A stretch of DNA of 44,953 bases from a virus. Lineage: Duplodnaviria; Heunggongvirae; Uroviricota; Caudoviricetes. The DNA is taken from the IMG/VR virus record IMGVR_UViG_3300021255_003103, positions 1 to 44,953 of that record; one strand, written 5' to 3'. Every line of letters begins with the position of its first letter. Within the stretch, counting starts at the first letter, position 1. The notes beneath the pieces were generated by a model. The model searched no databases and was not told the DNA's origin. It was given only the letters and a program-made list of their open reading frames with translations. The translations under genes were made by a program, and so were the position numbers. Positions 16,863 through 26,011 of the stretch are shown piece by piece.

Positions 16863-17099
16863 ATGTTAAGATTAGCAAATGAACCAGAATCATTTAAGAC
16901 GATATTAGATCGTAATGGAATGAAAATTCATATTGGTGAACAAGCACTTATTATTGAAAAATCTAAATATTTGAAATGCCAAGTTGTTGCTTTTAGTATA
17001 AATTATAAATATGTATATTTAGTATCTAATGAAACATTATTTAGAAGAAACCCAGATAATATTGTACTAATACATAATTTGAAAAAGTGGAAAAATTAA
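16863..17099 (+). CDS. Hypothetical protein
   Basis: 78-aa ORF. Confidence 0.7.
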   Translation: MLRLANEPESFKTILDRNGMKIHIGEQALIIEKSKYLKCQVVAFSINYKYVYLVSNETLFRRNPDNIVLIHNLKKWKN

Positions 17100-17103
17100 T
17101 AAT

Positions 17104-17346
17104 ATGAGTAATATTTCAGAATTAGATAAGAACAAGACTGAACAATGCGTTGTTAATGAGACAATTCGCCTTGATAATTGTAGAGTAACACTTGATAAGC
17201 TCAAGAATGAATATAATCATAAGAAGTATATGTATATGATAGAACTTTCAAACATGGAAGATAAAATTACTACACTTGAAGATTCAATAGCTTCTGGAGA
17301 AAAATTTCTTAATGATTGTAATAATCATCTTAAAACATTTGATTAA
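17104..17346 (+). CDS. Hypothetical coiled-coil protein
   Basis: 80-aa ORF with heptad pattern. Confidence 0.7.
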   Translation: MSNISELDKNKTEQCVVNETIRLDNCRVTLDKLKNEYNHKKYMYMIELSNMEDKITTLEDSIASGEKFLNDCNNHLKTFD

Positions 17347-17525
17347 TGAAATATATTGGAATTAATGGTGGGCGGTTAGTTGAAGAGTTTGTACCTTGGC
17401 CCAATTGTGGTATTAGGTGGATGACTCTTAAAGATGGAACATATGTCGATGTAATGTTCTCTATATTCTTTTGGTATTTTACCATTGGACAAATAAAAAA
17501 GAAACTTAAAGAACAAGGATATTAA
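17346..17525 (+). CDS. Small hypothetical protein (59 aa), not in ORF track
   Basis: TAATG stop-start overlap; MKYIGINGGRLVEEFVPWPNCG...EQGY. Confidence 0.6.
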   Translation: MKYIGINGGRLVEEFVPWPNCGIRWMTLKDGTYVDVMFSIFFWYFTIGQIKKKLKEQGY

Positions 17526-17591
17526 ATTTTTAAATTAAAATTACATTTAATTATATTAAATAAAACAAATAAAAATATAGGAGAAAATAAT

Positions 17592-19040
17592 ATGAGTAAA
17601 TTGAATTCCACAAAGAAGAGTACTACTTTGAAAGTAAATCAAGTAGCTGTTGGTGAAATTGCAGGCGGTGTATCTTGTGCTGTTGCTGCACAGTCAAATA
17701 TACAATTGCTTCGTAGAGCAGTTCTTGCTAACTTGCTTTGGGAGAATATTGCATATATGAATGGGAAGAAGGTTACAGATGAGATTGCTCGTCTTATTCC
17801 TCTTTGTGATCCTATGGATGTAGCAAACCTTACAATTGAGGCACGCACTATACAGAAGCTTCGTCATACACCTTTGTTCCTTGCAGTTCAAATGTGTAAG
17901 CATGATGCAACTCGCCCTTATGTTAAGGAAGTACTTCCAAAAATCATAACTCGTGCAGATATGTTAACTGACTTTATGGCACTTTATTGGATGGACGGTA
18001 AGTGTCCAATCTGTAATGCAGCAAAGCAAGGTTTGCGTGAAGCATTCCATAACTTCAATGAATACAAGTTTGCAAAGTATGATCGTGATGCAGAAATCAA
18101 ACTTCGTGACGTAATGTTTATGGTACGTCCAAAGCCAGCAAATCAACTTGAGGCAGTTCTTTACAAGAAGATTGCTGACCGTACACTTGAGACTCCAGAG
18201 ACATGGGAGGTATTGCTTTCAAAGGCACATACTTCAGCTGAGAAGGCCGCAGTTTGGGAGAAACTTATCAATGAGGGTAAGATTGGCGGTAAGGCAATGC
18301 TTATGAACCTTCGTAACATGCAATCTGCTGGTGTTCCACGCCCAACAATTGTAAAGGGTCTTAACGAGCTTAAAGGCGCAATGTTACTTCCACTTGACTT
18401 CTTGAAGGCAATGCGCGAAAGTAACGGTCTTGACCGTGAACTTGAGGATGCAATGTTGAATACTTACAAGAGCCTTCCAAAGCTTCCAGGTAAGACATTG
18501 TTCATTGTTGATGTATCTGGTTCTATGGGATCACTTACAAGCTCTGGATCAAAATTCTCAAGACTTGATATTGCATGTAGTCTTGCAATGATATGTGCAA
18601 ATAAATGTGAAGATTTTGAGCTTGTATGTACTGCGGGTGATGACGGTCGTCGTATAGAGAGTCAAGTACGTATCAAGTACCCAAGCAAGGGATTCAACTT
18701 GTTTAAAGAAATTGCAGCATCTCGCGATACTGTAGGTAATGGTGGTATCTTTACATATCAGTGTATTGAAAAGCTTCGTAAGCAACTTGGAAATAAGATA
18801 CATGATTATGCTCGTATAATTGTGTTCTCAGACTCACAGGATATTGATGTATGCTATGGTTCATTAAATAAACCACGTCCATTTGGTAAGTATAATTATA
18901 TTTGTGATGTATCTTGTAATACCAAAGGTATTAATTATAAAGGTGTATGGACGGCAGAGATTTCTGGTTGGTCTGAACATATGCTTGATTTTATAGAAGC
19001 TTTTGAAAATATTAACCAAACACCTTTAATTGAAGAATAA
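17592..19040 (+). CDS. TROVE + vWA domain protein (Ro60/Rsr family)
   Basis: LRHTPLFL, RADMLTDF, FNEYKFAKY, LRDVMFMVRPKP, PETWE, AMLMNLRN; MIDAS IVDVSGSM and IIVFSDSQ. Confidence 0.9.
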   Translation: MSKLNSTKKSTTLKVNQVAVGEIAGGVSCAVAAQSNIQLLRRAVLANLLWENIAYMNGKKVTDEIARLIPLCDPMDVANLTIEARTIQKLRHTPLFLAVQMCKHDATRPYVKEVLPKIITRADMLTDFMALYWMDGKCPICNAAKQGLREAFHNFNEYKFAKYDRDAEIKLRDVMFMVRPKPANQLEAVLYKKIADRTLETPETWEVLLSKAHTSAEKAAVWEKLINEGKIGGKAMLMNLRNMQSAGVPRPTIVKGLNELKGAMLLPLDFLKAMRESNGLDRELEDAMLNTYKSLPKLPGKTLFIVDVSGSMGSLTSSGSKFSRLDIACSLAMICANKCEDFELVCTAGDDGRRIESQVRIKYPSKGFNLFKEIAASRDTVGNGGIFTYQCIEKLRKQLGNKIHDYARIIVFSDSQDIDVCYGSLNKPRPFGKYNYICDVSCNTKGINYKGVWTAEISGWSEHMLDFIEAFENINQTPLIEE

Positions 19041-19136
19041 AATTATGAACGTTACAGTAATCATATGTACCCAAATAAATATAAAGATTAAATGATTACA
19101 AAGAAAAATTACATGATTATTAGAACTAAAGAATAA

Positions 19137-19158
19137 AAGGAACTCTTAAGAGTTCCTT
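19137..19158. terminator. Bidirectional terminator between convergent operons
   Basis: Perfect palindrome AAGGAACTCTTAAGAGTTCCTT, abutting the TAG stop of the minus-strand gene. Confidence 0.8.
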
Positions 19159-19653
19159 CTATTTATTTAATGATTCTGTAATTTCTGTATCTATTCGTTG
19201 TTGTAATTCATCTTTTCGTTTATTAAGTTCTGCTAATTCATTTTCAGCATCCTCAATTTGCTTAATTAATGCTTTAAGTTTCTTTGAAGATGAATTTTTA
19301 ATAAATTCAGAAATAGCTTCTTTTGATGTTCCAATATATACTGTACCTATATCTTTTATTGCTTTTGTATCAACTTGAATAGGTTCATCTAATTTAGGAT
19401 CTGCATAATGCATTGTTCTCCAGCCAGTTACGCCAATTGAATTATCTTCAAGTTCTATATCAACATCATATCCACCTGAACGTCCATACCAAGAACTTTT
19501 TACTTTTGAAACATTAGCAACCTTAACAGGAATAGCCTTTGTTTCTCCATCTTTTAATATATATATTGTTGAACCTTTACGGGGAATTTTAACATCTTTT
19601 GCAGCTGACTCTATAATCATTCCTTCATTTATAATTTCACTTAAGTTTTTCAT
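19159..19653 (-). CDS. Hypothetical protein, candidate head-internal protein
   Basis: N-terminus MKNLSEIINE resembles T4 capsid-targeting sequence; C-terminal coiled coil. Confidence 0.75.
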   Translation of the reverse strand: MKNLSEIINEGMIIESAAKDVKIPRKGSTIYILKDGETKAIPVKVANVSKVKSSWYGRSGGYDVDIELEDNSIGVTGWRTMHYADPKLDEPIQVDTKAIKDIGTVYIGTSKEAISEFIKNSSSKKLKALIKQIEDAENELAELNKRKDELQQRIDTEITESLNK

Positions 19654-19654
19654 A

Positions 19655-20014
19655 TTATTTCTCTAACATTTTTTTAATATCTCTTGATGTAAATCTGAAA
19701 AATTCAATTGGATATTGTTTCCATGATTCTTTATATTTCTTTAAAAATTCATGGTGATTATCTAATTTTTCTTGCAGTTGTTCATCTGTAAATCCCTTCC
19801 AAATAGTTAAATGTTTTTTAAGAATATCATTAACTTTTTTTAATGTTTCAATATCATCTTCATAAATATACACATCATATAATTGTGTATAATTTGCTTT
19901 TCCAGATCCTATTGTAACTTTATCACCAAATTCTTTCTTAAATTCTGCTTTTATTTTATTAACAAATGATGTTGTTGATGCTTCAGTTATCAAATAAGTT
20001 TGTATATCTTTCAT
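19655..20014 (-). CDS. Hypothetical protein, candidate head-internal protein
   Basis: N-terminus MKDIQTYLITE|AS. Confidence 0.75.
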   Translation of the reverse strand: MKDIQTYLITEASTTSFVNKIKAEFKKEFGDKVTIGSGKANYTQLYDVYIYEDDIETLKKVNDILKKHLTIWKGFTDEQLQEKLDNHHEFLKKYKESWKQYPIEFFRFTSRDIKKMLEK

Positions 20015-20025
20015 AATTATTCATT

Positions 20026-20235
20026 TTATTTATTTTTCATTCCTATATGCCATTTTCCACATACTTTACAAACATATGCAGTATATTTATACATTTTATG
20101 TTTCTTGATAAATAATAAAGCTTCTTGTTCTGTTTCAAACTTTTGTTTTGGCTTCCATTCTCCATCTTTTCTGGCATAATGTTCACGTTTAATGATATGC
20201 TTATTGCAATCTGATCTTGCGCCTATTTTAGACAA
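20026..20235 (-). CDS. Small protein with CxxC-x-WH metal-binding motif
   Basis: KQKFETEQEA...AYVCKVCGKWHIG; TTG start uncertain. Confidence 0.65.
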   Translation of the reverse strand: MSKIGARSDCNKHIIKREHYARKDGEWKPKQKFETEQEALLFIKKHKMYKYTAYVCKVCGKWHIGMKNK

Positions 20236-20291
20236 TATAGTTCATAAATTATTTTGGTATGTATCACCTCTATATTTTATAAATTATTATT

Positions 20292-20918
20292 TTAATTTAC
20301 TTTTTTATATCTTTGTATTACATTTCCTCTAGAATCAATACGAATACGTTCTTGAACTGCAACATGATTCATACGTTCACCTCTAAATATTGTCTTTATG
20401 ATTATATCAAATTTGGAGCCATTTTCTTCAAGTAACCACACTGCCCATAAATTCATGTTTTTTGGACGACCGCCACAATATTCAACTTTATTTTCATCAT
20501 TTTTATTGTTCAACCAACATTGGCATTCTATTGTCCATGCATCTACGCGACGTTGTTGATATTCAAATGGTTTTAATTTTCCATCATAGTTCATTTCTAC
20601 AATATCGTTCCAAGCCCATCTAAACATGTTGATTATTTCATATTGACCAATTCTTTTTCCACCATCTCCGCCTTTTTCTACTGGTCTGTCTTGACGTTGT
20701 GTTGCATGATCTCCCATACGAAGATTATCACCATCTTTAGAAGTCCATATTATACGATTACCACCTTTAGATTGATACCTATAATCTTTACCTTCTAATA
20801 TAAATTGCTGAAAGTCATCATCTAACAATTCTAAAGATGACTCATCTAATTGAAATATAATTCGTCCAAGTTTGTTTTCAAAATTATTTCGTTGCAAATA
20901 TTCAAGAATACTTTTCAT
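20292..20918 (-). CDS. Hypothetical protein, candidate head-internal protein
   Basis: MKSILEYLQ...FQQFILE|GK. Confidence 0.75.
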   Translation of the reverse strand: MKSILEYLQRNNFENKLGRIIFQLDESSLELLDDDFQQFILEGKDYRYQSKGGNRIIWTSKDGDNLRMGDHATQRQDRPVEKGGDGGKRIGQYEIINMFRWAWNDIVEMNYDGKLKPFEYQQRRVDAWTIECQCWLNNKNDENKVEYCGGRPKNMNLWAVWLLEENGSKFDIIIKTIFRGERMNHVAVQERIRIDSRGNVIQRYKKVN

Positions 20919-20999
20919 TAATTATAAAGACTATACTTTATTAAAAATAAATAAAAATAGAAATAATTAACATTTATTAACTTTATAATTAAGATAAAA

Positions 21000-21028
21000 A
21001 TTGAATAATATATAAAAAATACTATATT
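21000..21028 (+). promoter_or_regulatory. Repeated phage promoter-like motif
   Basis: ATTGAA-N17-TATATT-TTAA-TTG. Confidence 0.7.
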
Positions 21029-21050
21029 TTAATTGTAATAAATAAATTAA

Positions 21051-21761
21051 ATGAATATGACAAAGAAAGAAAAGCTTGCAACGGAGTACATCAATTTGAA
21101 AAGAGAGTTTGATGGTAATGATTTCAAGGAGAACATTACCGAGAATCAGATTTGGTATTTGACTCGTGAATTCAAGATTGTTCATTTGGAGACCAAGATT
21201 GAAGCTATTAAGAGAGCAATCAAGGAGAAGGAACTTCGTCTGAAGAGGGAAGCTTACTTTGCAACTCCTGAAGGCCAGACATATAAGAAGGAAATTGAAG
21301 ATCGTCTCGAAACATATCGGAGAGAGCTGAAAGATATTAACAACTCATTTGAGAATTGGATCATTAAGAAGGTAAATGAGATGGCTCCTGGCAATTGGAC
21401 TGCTAAATTGTCTATTGGATCTTATGGATCATCACATGTAGAAATTGGTTTAGTTAATCGCGATCCGGAAAGAAATTTTACTATGCAGTTCGGGCATGAG
21501 TTCACAATCTACTTTGATGACTACAACTTTGGTAAGAAAGCTCCCAAATTTGAATTAAATTATGGGACTCTTGGTTCTTTCGATCTATTCAATGATGAAA
21601 CACGTCCTCTCTATCTGAATGGCCTGGCCACTATTTCAAACAATAAGGAGTTCCTCCAGTTGCTTATGGCAAAGTTCATTGAAAATTGCAATAATGTAAA
21701 GAAAATTTCAAAACAAATGGATGAGCTTGAGAGAAAACTTAATAATCCTGTAATTGCATAA
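21051..21761 (+). CDS. Hypothetical protein
   Basis: 236-aa ORF; alternative start 21057. Confidence 0.8.
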   Translation: MNMTKKEKLATEYINLKREFDGNDFKENITENQIWYLTREFKIVHLETKIEAIKRAIKEKELRLKREAYFATPEGQTYKKEIEDRLETYRRELKDINNSFENWIIKKVNEMAPGNWTAKLSIGSYGSSHVEIGLVNRDPERNFTMQFGHEFTIYFDDYNFGKKAPKFELNYGTLGSFDLFNDETRPLYLNGLATISNNKEFLQLLMAKFIENCNNVKKISKQMDELERKLNNPVIA

Positions 21762-21786
21762 TAATATAAAATAAGAAAATAAAATT

Positions 21787-21990
21787 ATGAAAATTCTAGA
21801 AACTGCAAATCTTTTAGAAATGCGTCGTTGGCTTAATGAAGCTAAGACTATGAAAATTATACCAGATAATGAAATACCTATTCATATTGTATGCGATGAT
21901 GATCCTTTGAATCGTGAATGGTATGATATTATTGGCATGGAAAATTCTGGTGATTCACTTTGCATTAAAGTAAAAAAACATAATGCTTAA
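21787..21990 (+). CDS. Hypothetical protein
   Basis: 67-aa ORF with A-rich leader. Confidence 0.65.
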   Translation: MKILETANLLEMRRWLNEAKTMKIIPDNEIPIHIVCDDDPLNREWYDIIGMENSGDSLCIKVKKHNA

Positions 21991-22006
21991 TAAAGTTTTT
22001 TAATTG

Positions 22007-22069
22007 TAGTAATTCCTATAAAAAATTCATTTTTTCATATTATATTTGAATTTTTTATAGGAATTACTA
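22007..22069. repeat. Perfect 23-bp inverted repeat with 17-nt spacer
   Basis: TAGTAATTCCTATAAAAAATTCA (22007-22029) / TGAATTTTTTATAGGAATTACTA (22047-22069). Confidence 0.9.
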
Positions 22070-22073
22070 TATT
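22045..22073 (+). promoter_or_regulatory. Repeated phage promoter-like motif
   Basis: TTTGAA-N17-TATATT-TATA-TTG. Confidence 0.7.
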
Positions 22074-22102
22074 TATATTGTAAATCAAAACAAATAAAGA
22101 AT

Positions 22103-22474
22103 ATGACTGAAAATAAGAACAAAGGATTTCGCGATGTAATGGTTGGTGATAAGCTTTACTATGCTAATTTGGAAGCTTACGGCATTTATGAATGCCGAGT
22201 AATATCTATTGAATTGGATGAAAATGCTTTATGCGACATGGATCACCGCGTACCTGATGTTATTTTCAAAACTAACGAATTGAAAGATTTCAGTATTAAT
22301 AAAGGTTGTCTTTTACATTTTGATACTAAAGTATTAATTAATGAAGATGGTGTGTACATCAGTCCATCACGTTATGCATTAGCTACTGCTATTGTCAAAG
22401 CTATAGATGAGAAACTTAATTATTGGAATCTCAAAAAGAGTCGTATTCTGAATGCTTATTATAATGCTGACTAA
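22103..22474 (+). CDS. Hypothetical protein
   Basis: 123-aa ORF. Confidence 0.75.
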   Translation: MTENKNKGFRDVMVGDKLYYANLEAYGIYECRVISIELDENALCDMDHRVPDVIFKTNELKDFSINKGCLLHFDTKVLINEDGVYISPSRYALATAIVKAIDEKLNYWNLKKSRILNAYYNAD

Positions 22475-22487
22475 AAAATAAAACATT

Positions 22488-23756
22488 ATGAATAATACTT
22501 TACATATGCGAGTTGGCGAAAACATTGGTGATATCATGCTTGATATTGCACAGACAAATATTCAGAAAGGCAATGTTGAGTATGGAGTCAATGTATATAA
22601 TGAAGGTTTTGGTATTCCTCGAGATCTTAGCATAAAACTTTTAAAAAATGAATTAGTAATGATTGTTGATGAGGATGGGGAAGGAGTAAGTCTTACTGAT
22701 GATCCAATGACTATTACTTTTAATTCACCTAATATTGTTGATTGGAAATATATTATCAATCATAAAATTGAATATATTAATAGTCTTTTAGAAAATCTTG
22801 CTAACACTGAAATAGATTTTGTTAAAATTTATCATGGTGATATTGAAGACTATTCAATTCTTGATATGATGGAAAGATATTTTCATAAGGATGAACTCAA
22901 AAATATTGGTAAGCATACTATTGCTGCTAGACTTTTAGGAGATCCAGATTGTAAAACTTGTGACAAGGGTTCTAGTAATCCACAGGGTATCTGGGATTCT
23001 TTTGAAGATAAATTTGCTCATTATGAGAATATTGAAGATACTGATACAACAAAATGGGAAAAAATTCTTTATCTTACAGTAAGATATAATAAACTCATTA
23101 AGATGCTTCATAAGGAATATATGAGTTTTGAAAAACTATATCTTTTCCTTGAAGATAATGGATTTATCAATCACATTTATATGATTGAGAACACTTGTGA
23201 GAATGTTGTAAAGAAACTTTGGAAATTCTCTGATACTAATAAAGGATATTACCATCCATTATGTAATGAAGGTCTTTATAATTATAAGTATAAGCTTCAA
23301 GAAGATATTCTTAATACAAAATTTGGAAATGAATTTGCAAAATATAAAATTGTTAAAAAGAATATCATGGATGGATATGATGCTGGTTGGCTTTCTCCCG
23401 AAGGTGATTTTTATGGAGGAAACGGTTCTACTTCAGCTATGATTCATGCAAATATTGCTGAACAAATTACTGAAGATTGGCTACATGGTGAAGAAGAATT
23501 AACTAACAAGGGTTGGATTAAGATTCATTATTCAGAGGTTTATGGATATTTCAAATGGTCTAAAGATGATACTGATGATGCAAAACTATATTGTCCAACA
23601 CCTATTCAGATTAAAATGATTTGTGATTATGCAGATAAATTTCATAACGGAAAAATTTATACACATCCACAAATTGTAAAAACTACTGAACCAGTATCTA
23701 CATATAAACTTAGACAAATGGATGAGTTTCAACTACATGAATTATTTAGAATTTAA
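22488..23756 (+). CDS. Hypothetical protein
   Basis: 422-aa ORF; C-terminal AGWLSPEGDFYG...H...IAE...GWIKIH motif. Confidence 0.8.
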   Translation: MNNTLHMRVGENIGDIMLDIAQTNIQKGNVEYGVNVYNEGFGIPRDLSIKLLKNELVMIVDEDGEGVSLTDDPMTITFNSPNIVDWKYIINHKIEYINSLLENLANTEIDFVKIYHGDIEDYSILDMMERYFHKDELKNIGKHTIAARLLGDPDCKTCDKGSSNPQGIWDSFEDKFAHYENIEDTDTTKWEKILYLTVRYNKLIKMLHKEYMSFEKLYLFLEDNGFINHIYMIENTCENVVKKLWKFSDTNKGYYHPLCNEGLYNYKYKLQEDILNTKFGNEFAKYKIVKKNIMDGYDAGWLSPEGDFYGGNGSTSAMIHANIAEQITEDWLHGEEELTNKGWIKIHYSEVYGYFKWSKDDTDDAKLYCPTPIQIKMICDYADKFHNGKIYTHPQIVKTTEPVSTYKLRQMDEFQLHELFRI

Positions 23757-23763
23757 ATTATAA

Positions 23764-23794
23764 TTTGAATATTATATATAAAAAATTCTATATT
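23764..23794 (+). promoter_or_regulatory. Variant of repeated promoter-like motif
   Basis: TTTGAA-N19-TATATT (longer spacer). Confidence 0.5.
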
Positions 23795-23822
23795 ATTTAA
23801 GTTAAATAAATAATTAAAATAT

Positions 23823-24626
23823 ATGAATAAAGGATATTTTTACAAGTTTTTGACATGTGTTGGTAAAGGAGTTGAGAAAAAACATCTTAACTATGATGAA
23901 TCAATAATTGAGCATAATATTCCACAAGAATTAATTATTAATTTAGATGATATAAAAATTAAGTATTTAACAACAGAATCATACATATATAGATATATAT
24001 ATGCATATGTAGATAAAAATGAATATGAAAATATTATAAGTAATAAATTAATTTTTCCAACATTTTATAATACAGAATATGGTAGTAATTATATTGGGGC
24101 AATAATTGTACGATGCAAAATTGGAGATATAATTACATATATCTATGAAAAAAATGATGAAATTATTCTTAAACCTGTAAGATGTTTTGACACAAAGAAA
24201 TATTGTAAAACTTGTGGAGAACTACCTAATCGTAGTATAAAAGTATTTTTAACAAAGGAAGAATTTGAAACAGACCAGGCAAAGAAGAAAGAAAATAATG
24301 ATGCTCGTCGTAAGAAAGATAGAGAACTTACAAAAGATCTAACAAGACAAGCTCCAGTATTTTCTTTCACTACTCCAAAATTTAAAGTGATTGAAGTTGC
24401 TAAAGAGACAGCATATTTGCCTGGTGTAAAAGTTGGTGATATTGTTTATGGTGAAATTCCAGTAATCAAAGGCACAGATGATCGTAAGTGGGGTTCTATG
24501 AAAGGAATTGGAACAAGAACAAATTGGATTTCTATTTATATTAATGGATCAAAAGTAAACACAATTAGTCCAGTGACATTTCCGTCTCTGTTCTTCAATA
24601 ACATAGTTGTAGAGGAAGTAAAATAA
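23823..24626 (+). CDS. Hypothetical protein
   Basis: 267-aa ORF. Confidence 0.8.
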   Translation: MNKGYFYKFLTCVGKGVEKKHLNYDESIIEHNIPQELIINLDDIKIKYLTTESYIYRYIYAYVDKNEYENIISNKLIFPTFYNTEYGSNYIGAIIVRCKIGDIITYIYEKNDEIILKPVRCFDTKKYCKTCGELPNRSIKVFLTKEEFETDQAKKKENNDARRKKDRELTKDLTRQAPVFSFTTPKFKVIEVAKETAYLPGVKVGDIVYGEIPVIKGTDDRKWGSMKGIGTRTNWISIYINGSKVNTISPVTFPSLFFNNIVVEEVK

Positions 24627-24640
24627 ATTTTTGAAATAAT

Positions 24641-25156
24641 ATGAATAAAAAAGATACATCTTGGTGGCTTAAGCATTGCCCTGGTACAACACTTTGTGAA
24701 AAGGAAGATTTTCATAGAGCTAGAATCTACCTAAATAAAAAGATAATGGAAGATGGATATGGATTGATTGTTTCAAATCCTATTATTGAACATCAGTTTC
24801 CAGATGAAACACAATATAGGTATATTATTTCAAATATGATTAAGACATATACTGGAGAAATAATTCTTGAGCCTATGTTTGAATGGGAATCATATCTTGA
24901 GCAAATGATTATATATGATCATTCTGATATTGATTTCTATGAAGAGAATTTTAAGAATATCTATAAAGAGCTTAGACCAATATTCAATGTAGGAGATGAA
25001 ATAAGAGAAATTGATACAAATTATGAATCTTGTGCAATTACTGGAATTGATGAAGATAACATTTGTTATTTGATTCATTCACCAGAAGCTGAAGAACAGA
25101 TTCCTAGTCAATGGGTTATAAAATTTGAAGATCAACATATGTTTGAAAAAGTATGA
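24641..25156 (+). CDS. Hypothetical protein
   Basis: 171-aa ORF. Confidence 0.75.
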   Translation: MNKKDTSWWLKHCPGTTLCEKEDFHRARIYLNKKIMEDGYGLIVSNPIIEHQFPDETQYRYIISNMIKTYTGEIILEPMFEWESYLEQMIIYDHSDIDFYEENFKNIYKELRPIFNVGDEIREIDTNYESCAITGIDEDNICYLIHSPEAEEQIPSQWVIKFEDQHMFEKV

Positions 25157-25287
25157 ATTACGCTGAATTGTATAACGTAAAGCCTGATGAGACAGATTTT
25201 TATGGAGCCATCAAAAGATGGAAAGAATCAGGAATGAAAGTAAAGCATTTAGATGATTTTATAAAAGAACTATATGCAAAAAGTTAA
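25153..25287 (+). CDS. Small hypothetical protein (44 aa), not in ORF track
   Basis: ATGA overlap with upstream gene; MNYAELYNVKPDETDFYGAIKRWKESG... Confidence 0.55.
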   Translation: MNYAELYNVKPDETDFYGAIKRWKESGMKVKHLDDFIKELYAKS

Positions 25288-25325
25288 GTTTGAAACAAAG
25301 AAGATTTTAATTAAAATTTAAACTT

Positions 25326-25667
25326 ATGAATATTATACAAGAATATATTAAAAACGAAAATCGTAATGCTATTATTAGTAAGTTTCTTGACCAGGGTGCT
25401 TGGAATTGGATTCTATATAATGTAGGATTATATGATTTTAGAGGTGATACTGCTAATCAAATAGGCAAAGCATATATTGGACCAAATCCCAACTTCTGTG
25501 ATGATCCTGAGCAATGCAAAGAAAGGTGGGGATACACTTGGAATTTTACTAATGATAAAAAACATATTCGTATTACATATAACATGATAAAGAATCAATA
25601 TTTAGATATTAATGAAGATACTGAGGTTGTATTGACATTTGATCAATTTTTAAAATATATAAATTAA
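25326..25667 (+). CDS. Hypothetical protein
   Basis: 113-aa ORF. Confidence 0.75.
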   Translation: MNIIQEYIKNENRNAIISKFLDQGAWNWILYNVGLYDFRGDTANQIGKAYIGPNPNFCDDPEQCKERWGYTWNFTNDKKHIRITYNMIKNQYLDINEDTEVVLTFDQFLKYIN

Positions 25668-25675
25668 ATATTAAA

Positions 25676-26011
25676 ATGAGACATTATATTTTTCAATTGA
25701 CTTGTAGTGGTTGCCCAGAGCAATATGATATATGGGATAAAAATAAAAATATCAAAGTTGCTTATGCAAGGTTTAGATGGGGATATCTTCAGGTGCATCC
25801 TTATAAACCTGAAACATATGAGTATATTAATACATGGACTAATAAAAAAGAAATTGAACAAGAAATATTATGGGATATTGACATATATGAATGGGAATGC
25901 AATGACTCATTACTTGGTGTTCTGCCAGCAAATAAGCAAGAACATATTTTAGACGAAATAGATGAAGCAGTATATGAATATTGGAACACTGATAAAGAAA
26001 ATATTCAATAA
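25676..26011 (+). CDS. Hypothetical protein
   Basis: 111-aa ORF; CSGCPEQYD...YARFRWG motif. Confidence 0.75.
   Translation: MRHYIFQLTCSGCPEQYDIWDKNKNIKVAYARFRWGYLQVHPYKPETYEYINTWTNKKEIEQEILWDIDIYEWECNDSLLGVLPANKQEHILDEIDEAVYEYWNTDKENIQ

Noticed and set aside
19041-19136. Y RNA or tiny ORFs downstream of TROVE
   Set aside because: No tRNA-like T-loop or stable stem; two ORFs of 14-16 codons have no support.
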